A stretch of DNA of 64,000 bases from an uncultured cyanobacterium (lineage in GTDB: Bacteria > Cyanobacteriota > Cyanobacteriia > Cyanobacteriales > Cyanobacteriaceae). This document shows positions 1-10,347 of this stretch, piece after piece. Positions within the stretch are counted from its first letter, which is position 1. Each line of letters starts with the position of its first letter. The notes beneath the pieces were generated by a model, which saw only the letters and a program-made list of their open reading frames with translations, made no database searches and was not told the DNA's origin. Location of the stretch: assembly GCA_963749915.1 (NCBI GenBank), contig CAVVOP010000008.1, positions 64,001 to 128,000 of the forward strand, read 5' to 3'. A program made the position numbers and the translations under genes.

Positions 1-270
1 ATTATCACCGTCAACCTCAATAGTAATAGGTTGACCATTAACTTTCATCACCACCGTAGCCTTGCCTTCTAATCGAGGTAAATTCATTGTATTTTCAGTA
101 GTTTGAGTAATTTCAGGAGGATTTTCATTGACAGTTTCTTCAGTGTTAGCATTATTATTTTCTGTAGCAGTATTTGCACCTAACTGCTGACATCCAGATA
201 AACTAATAGCTGTTACGAGAAACAAAATCAAAAAAACATTGAGATGATTGGAAATTTTCATCACCGTCAT
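1..270 (-). CDS. Cyclophilin-type peptidyl-prolyl cis-trans isomerase, N-terminal part (runs off window)
   Basis: Manual translation MTVMKISNHLNVFLILFLVTAISLSGC...NLPRLEGKATVVMKVNGQPITIEVDGDN; lipobox-like LSGC; downstream of ycf4 as in other cyanobacteria. Confidence 0.8.
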   Translation of the reverse strand, partial: MTVMKISNHLNVFLILFLVTAISLSGCQQLGANTATENNNANTEETVNENPPEITQTTENTMNLPRLEGKATVVMKVNGQPITIEVDGDN

Positions 271-377
271 AAAATAAGTGTAATTGGCTCAGATTGAATA
301 TTATTCAACCCTTAGGATAACTGATAATTAATATTGTGGTGTAGGCATCTTGCCTATGATTGTTAATTGTTAATTGT

Positions 378-929
378 TCACAGTCCTTCTAAAGGTACCG
401 TTAAGAAACGGGCCAATTCTGCACCTTGATTTTCTAATTTAGCAAGAGAAATCGGTTCACCCACAGGAGTTAAAGGAATATCTCTTTTTGGTTTAACCCT
501 TAAATATAAAGTTCTTTTGGGGTTTAAACCTTCTTTAATTTCTGCCCTAATAGCCTGAATATCATCCAAATTATAAACTAATTCAATACGGCGATTTTTA
601 CCGAGGAATCCGAAACGAAAAATAGTAACATTACCTTTTTGTTTATTAAACTCGTTATAACCACCGCCAACATTGAGGAAAACCATTAACCACAAATATA
701 AGGCTAATAAAGTACCGACTATACCATAGAAAGTGAGAGCAATACCTTGAGGGATGAACTGAAGTTTAGAAGTATCACTAACTATGAGAAGATTGGTATG
801 AAAGTAACTGGATAAACCAGCGAGTAAGAAACCAATACCGCCGATAGAGACCACACTCGCCCACCATAAATTGCTAAAACGTCTTGCACCAGTGATATCT
901 TGTCGTAAAACGAAGTTGTTTGTATCCAT
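378..929 (-). CDS. ycf4: Photosystem I assembly protein Ycf4
   Basis: GARRFSNLWWA, FIPQGIAL, GGGYNEFNK, LARFLTVPLEGL. Confidence 0.97.
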   Translation of the reverse strand: MDTNNFVLRQDITGARRFSNLWWASVVSIGGIGFLLAGLSSYFHTNLLIVSDTSKLQFIPQGIALTFYGIVGTLLALYLWLMVFLNVGGGYNEFNKQKGNVTIFRFGFLGKNRRIELVYNLDDIQAIRAEIKEGLNPKRTLYLRVKPKRDIPLTPVGEPISLAKLENQGAELARFLTVPLEGL

Positions 930-1114
930 TATTTATAAAATTATTTTTGCACCTCAACAGAATTAAATTTTAACCAAAAATTCAACTAATATTAACCTTA
1001 GTTTTTTCCGTGAGGTAATTCTTGCTAAGATAGTAAATAATTAAACCGTATTTAAACCATATATATATTTATATATTTATATATTTATTATCCATTATTA
1101 TTATCCATTATCTT

Positions 1115-1726
1115 TTGTTATTCGTGCAATCATCATTCTTTGGTTCTCAAAATTTTTTTCCCTCAACATCACCTACTCAACAATCATCATCTACATTGGT
1201 TCGCCTAGCTAATATGAATGATGTTAGTGATATCGGTGATGTTTTGACCCTTAGTTTTAACAATTTTAATGATTTAACCCTCTGGATTTATCCATTTATC
1301 AAATTGGGTGTTTGTGAAGACTTGCGTAATCGTCTGAAAAAACCTGATCCTGGTCATTTTTGTTTTGTAGCCGTAAATACTATTGCACTGGGAAAAGAAA
1401 GCTCTAGGACGATAATTGGTACTGTAGAATTATCTTTTCGTACGGAGTGTAGTTGGAGGGGAAAAAGAAAATATGCTTATATCGCAAATCTGGCAGTGGG
1501 GGAAAATTATCGCCGTCAGGGCATCGGAAGTCAACTGCTTTCTAAATGCGAAAAAATGGCCAAAAATCTTGGATTTAAAGAGCTTTATCTTCATGTTTTA
1601 GCAAGCAATCAAGGTGGACAACAGTTGTATTCACAAAATGGTTATACTATTCGCAAAATAGAAACTGACTTATTTAGTTTATTCTTACCAAGTAAACGTC
1701 GTTTACTCTTAGCAAAATCCATTTGA
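1115..1726 (+). CDS. GNAT family N-acetyltransferase
   Basis: YIANLAV...YRRQGIG acetyl-CoA motif, LYLHVL..N. Confidence 0.9.
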   Translation: MLFVQSSFFGSQNFFPSTSPTQQSSSTLVRLANMNDVSDIGDVLTLSFNNFNDLTLWIYPFIKLGVCEDLRNRLKKPDPGHFCFVAVNTIALGKESSRTIIGTVELSFRTECSWRGKRKYAYIANLAVGENYRRQGIGSQLLSKCEKMAKNLGFKELYLHVLASNQGGQQLYSQNGYTIRKIETDLFSLFLPSKRRLLLAKSI

Positions 1727-2178
1727 TTATGAGTATTGCCTCCAATTCAATTGAATACGACATAAATGATTTTTTGCGGGATAAAAACTTGTTGGTAATT
1801 AATCCTAAAAAGAAAAATGGCTTAATTCTAATTAAAACTCATTATGCAGAATTTGCCGGCCCCGGTGCAATTGTCGGAGGATGTTTTGATCAAGATTTAC
1901 AAAAAATTATACCCCTGGGTAAATTATCTTTAATTCAACCCTCGAATCGGCAAGAAAGACAACGAGCTTATTTAATTAGAAGACAATGGGTAAGATTAAT
2001 CAAACAAATTACAGATAATCCTATGTCCCACGAAAGGGCACAAGTAATTCTTAATCAATTTGAGCATTGGTTCGATACACAGACAACAAACCAGATCCCC
2101 GATGAAGTATTTGCTCTAATTGTCGGTGTTTTACCGGAGACAATCACTAAAGCCAGAGATTTAGTCAATAGACTTTAA
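1723..2178 (+). CDS. Conserved cyanobacterial hypothetical protein (Crp-like C-terminal HTH)
   Basis: YAEFAGPGA; C-terminal LIVGVLPETI resembles a Crp HTH. Confidence 0.6.
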   Translation: MIMSIASNSIEYDINDFLRDKNLLVINPKKKNGLILIKTHYAEFAGPGAIVGGCFDQDLQKIIPLGKLSLIQPSNRQERQRAYLIRRQWVRLIKQITDNPMSHERAQVILNQFEHWFDTQTTNQIPDEVFALIVGVLPETITKARDLVNRL

Positions 2179-2207
2179 CTGGAATTTTCTTATTTTTGAA
2201 GAGGTCT
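2170..2207. repeat. Collapsed AGAC...GTCT miniature inverted-repeat element
   Basis: AAT|AGACTTT...TTTTGAAGAGGTCT|AAT; right end resembles the TIR at 8205-8219; 3-bp direct flank. Confidence 0.5.
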
Positions 2208-2223
2208 AATGAGAATTGCTGTG

Positions 2224-2667
2224 CTAATTTTTACTTTTTCCAGAGGATTTTAGCCACTGGAAAGACACTAGGCTTAATAATAGTCCAATTAACAGCAAAA
2301 GTGTCATCAATACCAGTTGGTACCAAGGGGCTAAGACAACAATATCGGCAATAAGATGAGCTAAATTCATCACGGAATAGGCAATGGTCAAGCCAAAGTG
2401 AAAAGTGCGGTAGGACTTAGCGTCCGTAAAGGTGGGGGCAATAATTGCCAGCATTGGGATCACAAAAAATACTAGCATAAAGCCAAAGATAGCGTTCAAA
2501 CTGCCAGTAGCGTGGGAATGCTCCACTTTCATCTCGTGGAAAAGCGGCATCAATCCCAGATCGGTGTGAAATAGGGTTCCCAAAAGGAAAGATGTCCAAA
2601 GAGCACTAATTTTCTGAGGATAATTACTAGACATAAATTTTCGATTCGAGGAACAAAAGGAAAACAA
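2224..2667 (-). CDS. Hypothetical membrane protein (about 4 TM)
   Basis: Hydrophobic segments; likely start at MSSNY. Confidence 0.7.
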   Translation of the reverse strand: MFSFCSSNRKFMSSNYPQKISALWTSFLLGTLFHTDLGLMPLFHEMKVEHSHATGSLNAIFGFMLVFFVIPMLAIIAPTFTDAKSYRTFHFGLTIAYSVMNLAHLIADIVVLAPWYQLVLMTLLLLIGLLLSLVSFQWLKSSGKSKN

Positions 2668-2721
2668 TTAATAATATGCTACAGTTTATGAAAAGATTAT
2701 GAAAATGCCAATAAGTTTCTT

Positions 2722-3654
2722 ATGACGATCAAAAAATTTATCTTTCTCACTAGTTTACTTATTTTGTTAGATAGTTGTAGTCAAAATTCACAAAAATTAT
2801 CAAATAACGTTAACGGTAAACCTCAAGTCGTTTCTACGAGTACAATTATAGCTAATTTAACGGAAGAAATCGGCGGACAGGAGATTAATCATATTAGTAT
2901 TTTACAACCTGGAGCAGATCCTCATATTTATGAACCTGTGCCTCAAGATACGATCGCTTTAGAAAAAGCTGATTTAATTTTATATAACGGTTATAATCTC
3001 GAACCAAATATTATTAAATTGATTAATTCTGCTGGTATTAAAGCTAATAAATTAGCGGTAGGAGAACAGATAAAACCTCTTGATTTTGAGTATGAAGGAC
3101 AGAAAAAACCTGATCCTCATGTTTGGGGGAATGCAGAAAACGGGATTATTATGGTAGAAACAATCCGAGATAAATTAATTGACATTGATCCCGAAAATCA
3201 AAACAAGTTTACTCAAAATGCAGCCCAATTAATCAAGGAATTGCAAGAATTAGATTCATGGATAAAAACTCAAATTGCCACAATTCCCCCCCATCAGAGA
3301 AAATTAATCACCAGTCACGATGCCTTTCAATATTACAGTAATGCTTATGGCTTAGAAATTCCTGGCACTCTCATCGGTATTAGTACGGAAGAACAACCCA
3401 GTGCCCAAACCATTAAAAATCTAGTAGAAATCATCAAAAATAGTGGGGTAAAAGCCATCTTTGCCGAAACTACCATTAACCCTACTTTAATTAAAACTGT
3501 AGCCCGAGAAGCAGGAGTAAAAGTAGCCGAAGGAAAACTCTACTCAGACTCTATTGGTATCAAAGGCGGTGAAGCGGATACCTATATCAAAATTTTAAAA
3601 GCAAACACTCAAACTATTGTGGATGCGTTAACCAGCAATTCTTCAAGCAATTAG
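2722..3654 (+). CDS. mntC: Mn/Zn ABC transporter substrate-binding lipoprotein
   Basis: GADPHIYEP, DPHVW, HDAFQY, YSDSIG metal-ligand motifs; lipobox Cys. Confidence 0.88.
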   Translation: MTIKKFIFLTSLLILLDSCSQNSQKLSNNVNGKPQVVSTSTIIANLTEEIGGQEINHISILQPGADPHIYEPVPQDTIALEKADLILYNGYNLEPNIIKLINSAGIKANKLAVGEQIKPLDFEYEGQKKPDPHVWGNAENGIIMVETIRDKLIDIDPENQNKFTQNAAQLIKELQELDSWIKTQIATIPPHQRKLITSHDAFQYYSNAYGLEIPGTLIGISTEEQPSAQTIKNLVEIIKNSGVKAIFAETTINPTLIKTVAREAGVKVAEGKLYSDSIGIKGGEADTYIKILKANTQTIVDALTSNSSSN

Positions 3655-3811
3655 TTAAATCGGTGAAGGTGGCAAAATCCCACAACAGTTGATGCTAAAT
3701 CTTCTAGGCCTTCTAAGTCTTTTAAGTCTTTGACGGATAGACTCTTAATCATAGTCTTTTTTAGGATGAAATGTACAATTATATTTACTGACTAACTTAC
3801 GATAAATTTTT

Positions 3812-5155
3812 ATGGTGAAAATAGTTAACAAACGATCCCTCGGTATTCAGCCAGTCTATGATATTGGGGTAGAAACAGATCACAATTTTGTATTAGCCAA
3901 TGGTTTAGTTGCCTCTAACTGCTTCAATAAATCCCACTCTACCGCCTACGCTTATGTCACTTATCAAACAGCCTATTTAAAAGCTAATTATCCTGTGGAA
4001 TATATGTCGGCTTTATTGACGGCTAGTAGCGATAATCAGGACAAAATCGAGAAATATCGAGAAAATTGTCTAAAGATGGGTATTGATGTTAAACCGCCTG
4101 ATATTAACTATTCCCACAAGGAATTTATGCCTCAAGGTAAAGATATCTTATTTGGTTTCTCAGCGGTAAAAAATTTAGGAGAATCTGCCATTGAAAATAT
4201 ATTAGAAGCAAGGAAAAAAGCGGGAGGAAAGTTCCTTAATTTTGCTGATTTTATCGGAAGAATTAACTTAAAAACTGTCAATCGTCGAGCTTTAGAAACT
4301 TTAACTTATGCGGGGGGATTTGATTCAATTCACGAGAACCGCCGACAGTTAATTGAGAGTTTGGATTTGATGATTACTTGGTCACAAAAGCGTATCAAAG
4401 AACAAGAAACGGGACAGTTGAATGTTTTTGATTTAATGTTACCTGATGAGTCTGAATCTACATCAGAAGTTCACTATGAAAATGCACCACAATTACCGAA
4501 TGTTTCCGATTTTTCTGTACAAGAAAAACTCAAATCGGAAAAAGAACATTTAGGATTTTATGTATCGGAACACCCTTTAAAACCACTAAAAAATATAGCT
4601 AAAATATTATCTCCCATTGATATTGGTGAATTATCAGCACAAAAAACAAGGAAAAAAATTTGTGCCATCGTAATGTTAACAACTATCAAAAATCATATTG
4701 ATAAAAATAATAATAATATGGCTTTTTTGACGGTAGAAGACATTTCTGGTCAAGCCGATGCCATTGTTTTTGCTAGTAATTATGACCAAGTAAAGGATAA
4801 TTTACTAGAAGATACTCCTGTAATTATTTGGGGAAAAGCAGATCATAAAGATGATAAATCACAAATTATTATTAATAACATTAACAGAATGGAAAATGTC
4901 ACAATAGTTTATATTCGGCTTACCCCCGAACAGGCCTGTCAACCCCAAATACAAGGAAAATTAAAGAGTATGTTGCAAGAACAATCAGGGGATAAAAACG
5001 ATGCGGTAATTCCTGTTGTGGCTATTGTGGATAGTTTACAGGAAAGAATTTTTGTGCGTTCAGGAGATAACTATTGGGTACAAAATGCCGAAAATACCGT
5101 TGAATCCCTGATCAATGGTGGTTTTTCTGCTTATACTCAACTGCTTAATCAATAA
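3812..5155 (+). CDS. dnaE: DNA polymerase III alpha, C-terminal half with split-intein IntC (DnaE-C)
   Basis: 36-aa IntC MVKIV...VYDIGV..DHNFVLANGLVASN followed by extein CFNKSHSTAY; OB-fold region. Confidence 0.97.
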   Translation: MVKIVNKRSLGIQPVYDIGVETDHNFVLANGLVASNCFNKSHSTAYAYVTYQTAYLKANYPVEYMSALLTASSDNQDKIEKYRENCLKMGIDVKPPDINYSHKEFMPQGKDILFGFSAVKNLGESAIENILEARKKAGGKFLNFADFIGRINLKTVNRRALETLTYAGGFDSIHENRRQLIESLDLMITWSQKRIKEQETGQLNVFDLMLPDESESTSEVHYENAPQLPNVSDFSVQEKLKSEKEHLGFYVSEHPLKPLKNIAKILSPIDIGELSAQKTRKKICAIVMLTTIKNHIDKNNNNMAFLTVEDISGQADAIVFASNYDQVKDNLLEDTPVIIWGKADHKDDKSQIIINNINRMENVTIVYIRLTPEQACQPQIQGKLKSMLQEQSGDKNDAVIPVVAIVDSLQERIFVRSGDNYWVQNAENTVESLINGGFSAYTQLLNQ

Positions 5156-5480
5156 ATTTACTTGTTTAACCTTAATCACCTTTGGTAAAGGTGAAAACAG
5201 AGGAGAATAGTATTTTGTCCGCACATTTATTTTGAATTTATGCAAAAATTCTGAGAGAAATGTGACAATTTGTTAAAAAATTTGTTAGAAATAGAAATAG
5301 CAAGTTTAAAGGCATACCTAAATCTTGTCTTTAAACAGGGTTACACTAACGGCTAACTCATGCTATATTAAGAAAAGTTAATTGCATATCAGTATTATTG
5401 CTGAGTGGCAACTTCGTCTCCAATAATAATAGTAGAGACAAAAAAAAAGTAAAACTTGATAAGTTAAAAAAAGAAAGATT

Positions 5481-6539
5481 ATGACCATTGCAGTCGGACG
5501 TGCACCAGCAGAAAGAGGGTGGTTTGATGCCCTTGATGACTGGCTCAAAAGAGACCGCTTTGTATTCGTTGGTTGGTCCGGTATTCTTCTGTTTCCCTGT
5601 GCTTATTTAGCATTAGGGGGCTGGTTAACTGGTACGACCTTCGTTACCTCTTGGTACACTCACGGTTTAGCCAGTTCTTATTTAGAAGGTGCTAACTTCT
5701 TAACTGTGGCTGTATCTAGTCCCGCGGACGTTTTTGGACATTCCTTACTGTTTTTGTGGGGACCTGAAGCTCAAGGAAGTTTAACTCGCTGGTTTCAAAT
5801 CGGTGGTTTATGGCCTTTCGTAGCCTTACACGGAGCTTTTGCTTTAATCGGCTTCATGTTACGTCAATTTGAGATTTCTCGTCTTGTGGGGATTCGTCCT
5901 TATAATGCTATCGCTTTCTCTGGTCCTATAGCCGTATTTGTTAGTGTGTTTTTAATGTATCCTTTAGGACAATCTAGCTGGTTTTTTGCTCCTTCTTTTG
6001 GAGTAGCAGGAATCTTCCGCTTTATCTTATTCTTACAAGGATTTCATAACTGGACACTCAACCCCTTCCACATGATGGGTGTTGCCGGAATTTTGGGTGG
6101 TGCATTGCTTTGTGCTATTCACGGTGCAACGGTAGAAAATACCTTATTCCAAGATGGTGAACAGGCAAACACTTTCCGTGCCTTTGAACCTACCCAAGCT
6201 GAAGAAACCTATTCTATGGTGACAGCAAACCGTTTCTGGTCTCAAATCTTCGGAATTGCATTCTCCAACAAACGTTGGTTACACTTCTTTATGTTGTTTG
6301 TACCTGTCACTGGATTGTGGATGAGTTCCATTGGGATTGTCGGTTTAGCCTTTAACCTCCGTGCTTATGACTTCGTCTCTCAAGAATTAAGAGCGGCGGA
6401 AGATCCAGAGTTTGAGACTTTTTATACCAAAAACATCCTATTAAACGAAGGGTTGCGCGCATGGATGGCGCCTCAAGATCAACCCCACGAAAAATTTGTA
6501 TTCCCTGAGGAGGTACTTCCACGTGGTAACGCTCTCTAA
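5481..6539 (+). CDS. psbD: Photosystem II D2 protein
   Basis: MTIAVGR...[10 protein letters not shown]. Confidence 0.99.
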   Translation: MTIAVGRAPAERGWFDALDDWLKRDRFVFVGWSGILLFPCAYLALGGWLTGTTFVTSWYTHGLASSYLEGANFLTVAVSSPADVFGHSLLFLWGPEAQGSLTRWFQIGGLWPFVALHGAFALIGFMLRQFEISRLVGIRPYNAIAFSGPIAVFVSVFLMYPLGQSSWFFAPSFGVAGIFRFILFLQGFHNWTLNPFHMMGVAGILGGALLCAIHGATVENTLFQDGEQANTFRAFEPTQAEETYSMVTANRFWSQIFGIAFSNKRWLHFFMLFVPVTGLWMSSIGIVGLAFNLRAYDFVSQELRAAEDPEFETFYTKNILLNEGLRAWMAPQDQPHEKFVFPEEVLPRGNAL

Positions 6540-7899
6540 TCCCATCGGCGGTCGTGACCTAGAATCTACCGGTTTTGCATGGTGGTCTGGTAATGCTAGA
6601 CTTATCAATCTTTCCGGTAAATTATTAGGTGCTCACGTTGCCCATGCAGGTCTAATTGTCTTCTGGGCTGGCGCAATGACCTTATTCGAAACTGCTCACT
6701 TCATACCTGAAAAGCCTATGTATGAACAGGGCTTCATTCTTTTACCCCACATTGCTACTTTAGGCTGGGGTGTAGGTGCCGGTGGTGAAGTAACCGATGT
6801 TTTCCCCTTCTTTGTAGTGGGTGTTCTTCACCTTATCTCCTCTGCCGTTTTAGGTTTAGGTGGTCTTTATCACGCTTTACGTGGTCCTGAAACTTTAGAA
6901 GAATATTCTAGTTTCTTTGGCTATGATTGGAAAGATAAAAACCAAATGACCAATATTATTGGTTACCACTTAATCCTTTTGGGTATCGGTGCTTTCTTAC
7001 TCGTATTCAAAGCCATGTTTTTTGGTGGTGTCTATGATACTTGGGCCCCCGGTGGTGGTGATGTTCGTGTGATTACCAACCCAACCCTTAACCCGGCGAT
7101 TATCTTTGGTTACTTAATCAAGGCACCCTTTGGTGGGGAAGGTTGGATTGTTAGTGTCGATAACATGGAAGACATTATCGGTGGTCATATCTGGGTTGGC
7201 TTAATCTGTATCTTCGGTGGTATTTGGCACATCTTAACTAAGCCTTTTGCTTGGGTTCGTCGTGCCTTCATCTGGTCTGGTGAAGCCTATCTTTCCTACA
7301 GCTTAGGTGCTTTATCCTTAATGGGATTCATCGCTTCTACTATGGTCTGGTACAACAATACCGCATATCCCAGTGAGTTCTATGGTCCTACTGGTGCTGA
7401 AGCATCTCAGGCTCAGGCTTTAACTTACTTAATCCGTGACCAACGCTTAGGTGCTAACGTCGGTTCTGCTCAAGGACCTACCGGATTAGGTAAATACTTA
7501 ATGCGTTCTCCTACTGGGGAAATCATTTTCGGTGGTGAAACCATGCGTTTCTGGGACTTCAGAGGTCCTTGGTTAGAGCCCCTTCGTGGTCCTAATGGTT
7601 TAGACTTAGATAAAGTCAGAAACGATATTCAACCTTGGCAAGTACGTCGTGCTGCTGAATATATGACCCACGCACCCTTAGGTTCCTTAAACTCTGTAGG
7701 TGGTGTGATTACCGACGTAAATTCATTTAACTATGTATCTCCCCGTGCATGGTTAGCAACTTCTCACTTCACTTTAGGTTTCTTCTTCTTAGTTGGTCAT
7801 TTATGGCACGCTGGAAGAGCTCGTGCTGCTGCTGGTGGTTTCGAGAAAGGGATTGATCGTGAAACTGAACCTACTTTAGCAATGCCAGATCTTGACTAA
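6523..7899 (+). CDS. psbC: Photosystem II CP43
   Basis: Canonical GTG start overlapping the psbD end (17 nt); [11 protein letters not shown]...GIDRETEP. Confidence 0.98.
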   Translation: MVTLSNPIGGRDLESTGFAWWSGNARLINLSGKLLGAHVAHAGLIVFWAGAMTLFETAHFIPEKPMYEQGFILLPHIATLGWGVGAGGEVTDVFPFFVVGVLHLISSAVLGLGGLYHALRGPETLEEYSSFFGYDWKDKNQMTNIIGYHLILLGIGAFLLVFKAMFFGGVYDTWAPGGGDVRVITNPTLNPAIIFGYLIKAPFGGEGWIVSVDNMEDIIGGHIWVGLICIFGGIWHILTKPFAWVRRAFIWSGEAYLSYSLGALSLMGFIASTMVWYNNTAYPSEFYGPTGAEASQAQALTYLIRDQRLGANVGSAQGPTGLGKYLMRSPTGEIIFGGETMRFWDFRGPWLEPLRGPNGLDLDKVRNDIQPWQVRRAAEYMTHAPLGSLNSVGGVITDVNSFNYVSPRAWLATSHFTLGFFFLVGHLWHAGRARAAAGGFEKGIDRETEPTLAMPDLD

Positions 7900-7933
7900 G
7901 ATTATTTTAGTTTTAAATCCTTGCTAAATCAAT

Positions 7934-7966
7934 AAGCCTCCTCCTTCATGGTGGAGGCTTTTTCTT
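7934..7966 (+). terminator. Rho-independent terminator after psbC
   Basis: AAGCCTCC/GGAGGCTT stem followed by T run. Confidence 0.8.
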
Positions 7967-7987
7967 GGCGGAGTATGGCAAATGATT

Positions 7988-8219
7988 AGACCTCTTGCAA
8001 AAATAGATTTCTCAGTTAGGTAATTTTGGATCTCTTGGTCGGCATTCCCTCTCTTGGTGGACGTTCCCTTGCGACTTCCGTCGTCGCGGGCTTCCACCGC
8101 TTGCGCCTTTCGGCGGCGCGGGGTCCGACCGCTTTTGGATTTTGGATTTTGGATTATCCAAGCCTTTCTGACTCCTGACTTCTCTGACGACCAGATTTTT
8201 TGACTTTTGCAAGAGGTCT
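7988..8219. mobile_element. MITE with 15-bp perfect TIR AGACCTCTTGCAAAA
   Basis: TIR at 7988-8002 and 8205-8219; ATT on both flanks; non-coding GC-rich interior plus (TTTGGAT)n. Confidence 0.8.
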
Positions 8220-8220
8220 A

Positions 8221-9762
8221 TTAACTTAAACTGCGAATTGCCTCTAATAAACCTCTAGCTTTATTTAAAGTTTCTTGATATTCTTTTTCGGGATCTGAAT
8301 CCGCTACCAATCCGGCCCCGGCTTGAACGGATACCCGATAATTTTCCGTACTGTCTAACCTTTCCACAATCATGGTTCTAATAGTTATGGCTGTATTTAG
8401 TTGTCCTTCAAAGTCATAATAACCGTAAACTCCCGAATAAGGACCCCGCCTTTGAGGTTCTAATTCATTGATAATTTCCATGGCACGAATTTTGGGTGCA
8501 CCACTTACCGTACCTGCAGGAAAGGCGGCTTTTAATAAATCCCAAGGCGTATAGTCTTTGGCCAATTCTCCCACAACATTGCTAACGATGTGCATTACAT
8601 GAGAATAACGCTCGATAACCATCAATTCATCGACATTAACGCTACCTTTGACACATACTCTCCCTAAGTCATTTCTGCCCAAATCGACCAACATAACATG
8701 TTCAGCGATTTCTTTGGGATCATGTAATAAGTCTGTAGCTAAAGTTTGATCTTCTTGATAGGTTTTTCCCCTCGGTCTTGTTCCTGCAATCGGACGTAAT
8801 ATGGCTTTAGTTTTTCCCTCTGCGGTTTTCGTGGCTTTCACCATTACTTCCGGTGATGAACCAATAATTTGCCATCCATTAAAGTTGTAATAAGCCATAT
8901 AGGGTGAGGGATTAATTAGCCGCAAAGATCGATATAATTCAAAAGGGTTCCCTTGGTATTGAGCTTGTAATCGCTGGGAAATAACTACTTGAAATATATC
9001 TCCTGCTTTAATATACTCTTTCGCTTTTTCTACATTGTCACAAAATTTTTCTTTGGTAATGTTACTGGTATATTTTGTGTTGTGAGAGTCTTGATTATTT
9101 TTACTGGGGTTAAACTCTAAAGGTTTTGCCAACACTGGTAAAGGTAATTGTAACTTCAACACTAATTTGGTGATTTTGTCACAAGCCTGATGATAAATTT
9201 CTTCTAGGGTTAAATCTTCCTCTCTTAAATCCGCATAGGCGATCGCCCAAATTTTCCGTTTAACCTGATCAAAAATGATGAAATTATCTATCTGCATCCA
9301 GATTCCGTCTGGCAAATCCCCTTCCTGTGGAGGATAAATTTTGACTTTTGGTTCAATCCATGATATTAGTTCGTAACCCCAATAACCGAATAGGCCGCCA
9401 ATCCCTGGAGGTAATTCGGGTAAATTGACGGGTTTAATCGATTCTAAACAATGACTGACAATATCAAAAGGGTTACCTGTAAAAGTTTCTATCCTGCCGT
9501 CACGGTGAATTTGTTTAGTTTGATTACCTTTCGCTTCTAACACCCATACAGGATCGCAACCCAAAAAACTGTATCTTCCCAGATTTTCTCCCCCTTCCAC
9601 CGATTCTAATAAAAAACTGTAAGGTTGATCAGCACAAACTTTATACCATGCTGACACGGGGGTTTCTAAATCCGCCACCAATTCTCGATAGATAGGGATA
9701 AAATTTCCCTTGTGTGTTAAAGCCAAAAATTCGGGGAAATCAGGAAAGATCATGATTACCAA
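8221..9762 (-). CDS. trpE: Anthranilate synthase component I
   Basis: LLESVEGGE, GDIFQVV, SSPE, IAGTRPRG, HVMLVDLGRND, GTVSGAPK. Confidence 0.96.
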   Translation of the reverse strand: MVIMIFPDFPEFLALTHKGNFIPIYRELVADLETPVSAWYKVCADQPYSFLLESVEGGENLGRYSFLGCDPVWVLEAKGNQTKQIHRDGRIETFTGNPFDIVSHCLESIKPVNLPELPPGIGGLFGYWGYELISWIEPKVKIYPPQEGDLPDGIWMQIDNFIIFDQVKRKIWAIAYADLREEDLTLEEIYHQACDKITKLVLKLQLPLPVLAKPLEFNPSKNNQDSHNTKYTSNITKEKFCDNVEKAKEYIKAGDIFQVVISQRLQAQYQGNPFELYRSLRLINPSPYMAYYNFNGWQIIGSSPEVMVKATKTAEGKTKAILRPIAGTRPRGKTYQEDQTLATDLLHDPKEIAEHVMLVDLGRNDLGRVCVKGSVNVDELMVIERYSHVMHIVSNVVGELAKDYTPWDLLKAAFPAGTVSGAPKIRAMEIINELEPQRRGPYSGVYGYYDFEGQLNTAITIRTMIVERLDSTENYRVSVQAGAGLVADSDPEKEYQETLNKARGLLEAIRSLS

Positions 9763-10060
9763 AGAAAATGATTTAATTTAATAGAATAATTTTACCTTAC
9801 AATCGCTTTTTTATCCCAATGGGTAGTTGATCAGGGAAAACTAGATTCGTAGGCGTTGGTGAATTGAGCTATGAAATTCTCTTTAAATGATAAAGCTATT
9901 TTCCTACAAAAAGCCCTCTTGACTCTACCTCAATTTTCTTTTTTCATTTTGGTGAAGGAATTGCCTTTTCTAAGGCAATTATTTTTACCTAAGTTCTAAA
10001 AACGATATTTAATCATATTATGGAATAGATAAGTCTATCGATAAATTGTGGGAAAAAATA

Positions 10061-10225
10061 ATGAAGATTGAACGTCAATATATTATTCTTCTATCATTGT
10101 CCATATTAACTGCTAGCATCGTGCCTAATTTTTGGGAATTAGGTATGACAGGAATAGTTGGTTTTTTTTTAGCCTATTTGAGTAAAGGTAGTCGTAAACA
10201 GAAAAAAACTAGGGTGGCAAAATAG
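10061..10225 (+). CDS. Putative small membrane protein (54 aa)
   Basis: MKIERQYIILLSLSILTASIVPNFWELGMTGIVGFFLAYLSKGSRKQKKTRVAK: two hydrophobic stretches and a basic tail. Confidence 0.45.
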   Translation: MKIERQYIILLSLSILTASIVPNFWELGMTGIVGFFLAYLSKGSRKQKKTRVAK

Positions 10226-10305
10226 GCTAGTGGTTGAATGCAGAATTAAGAATGTAGAATGCAGAATGAAAAACCCTTTATTTTCAGTTTAATTTTGCCA
10301 CCCTA
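10210..10305. repeat. Small inverted-repeat element TAGGGTGGCAAAAT...ATTTTGCCACCCTA
   Basis: 14-bp perfect IR enclosing GAATGCA-like heptamer repeats. Confidence 0.65.
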
Positions 10306-10347
10306 AATTATTATGAATGGTTAATTGTTCTTGTTTATTATTTCCAA

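Noticed and set aside
6496..6522. TTG start for psbC in the ORF track
   Set aside because: The conserved cyanobacterial start is the GTG at 6523
8012..8212. 66-aa ORF
   Set aside because: Lies entirely inside the MITE and translates repeats (NPKSKIQ); not a credible gene
9871..9999. 42-aa ORF MKFSLNDK...
   Set aside because: No clear RBS or motif in AT-rich intergenic DNA
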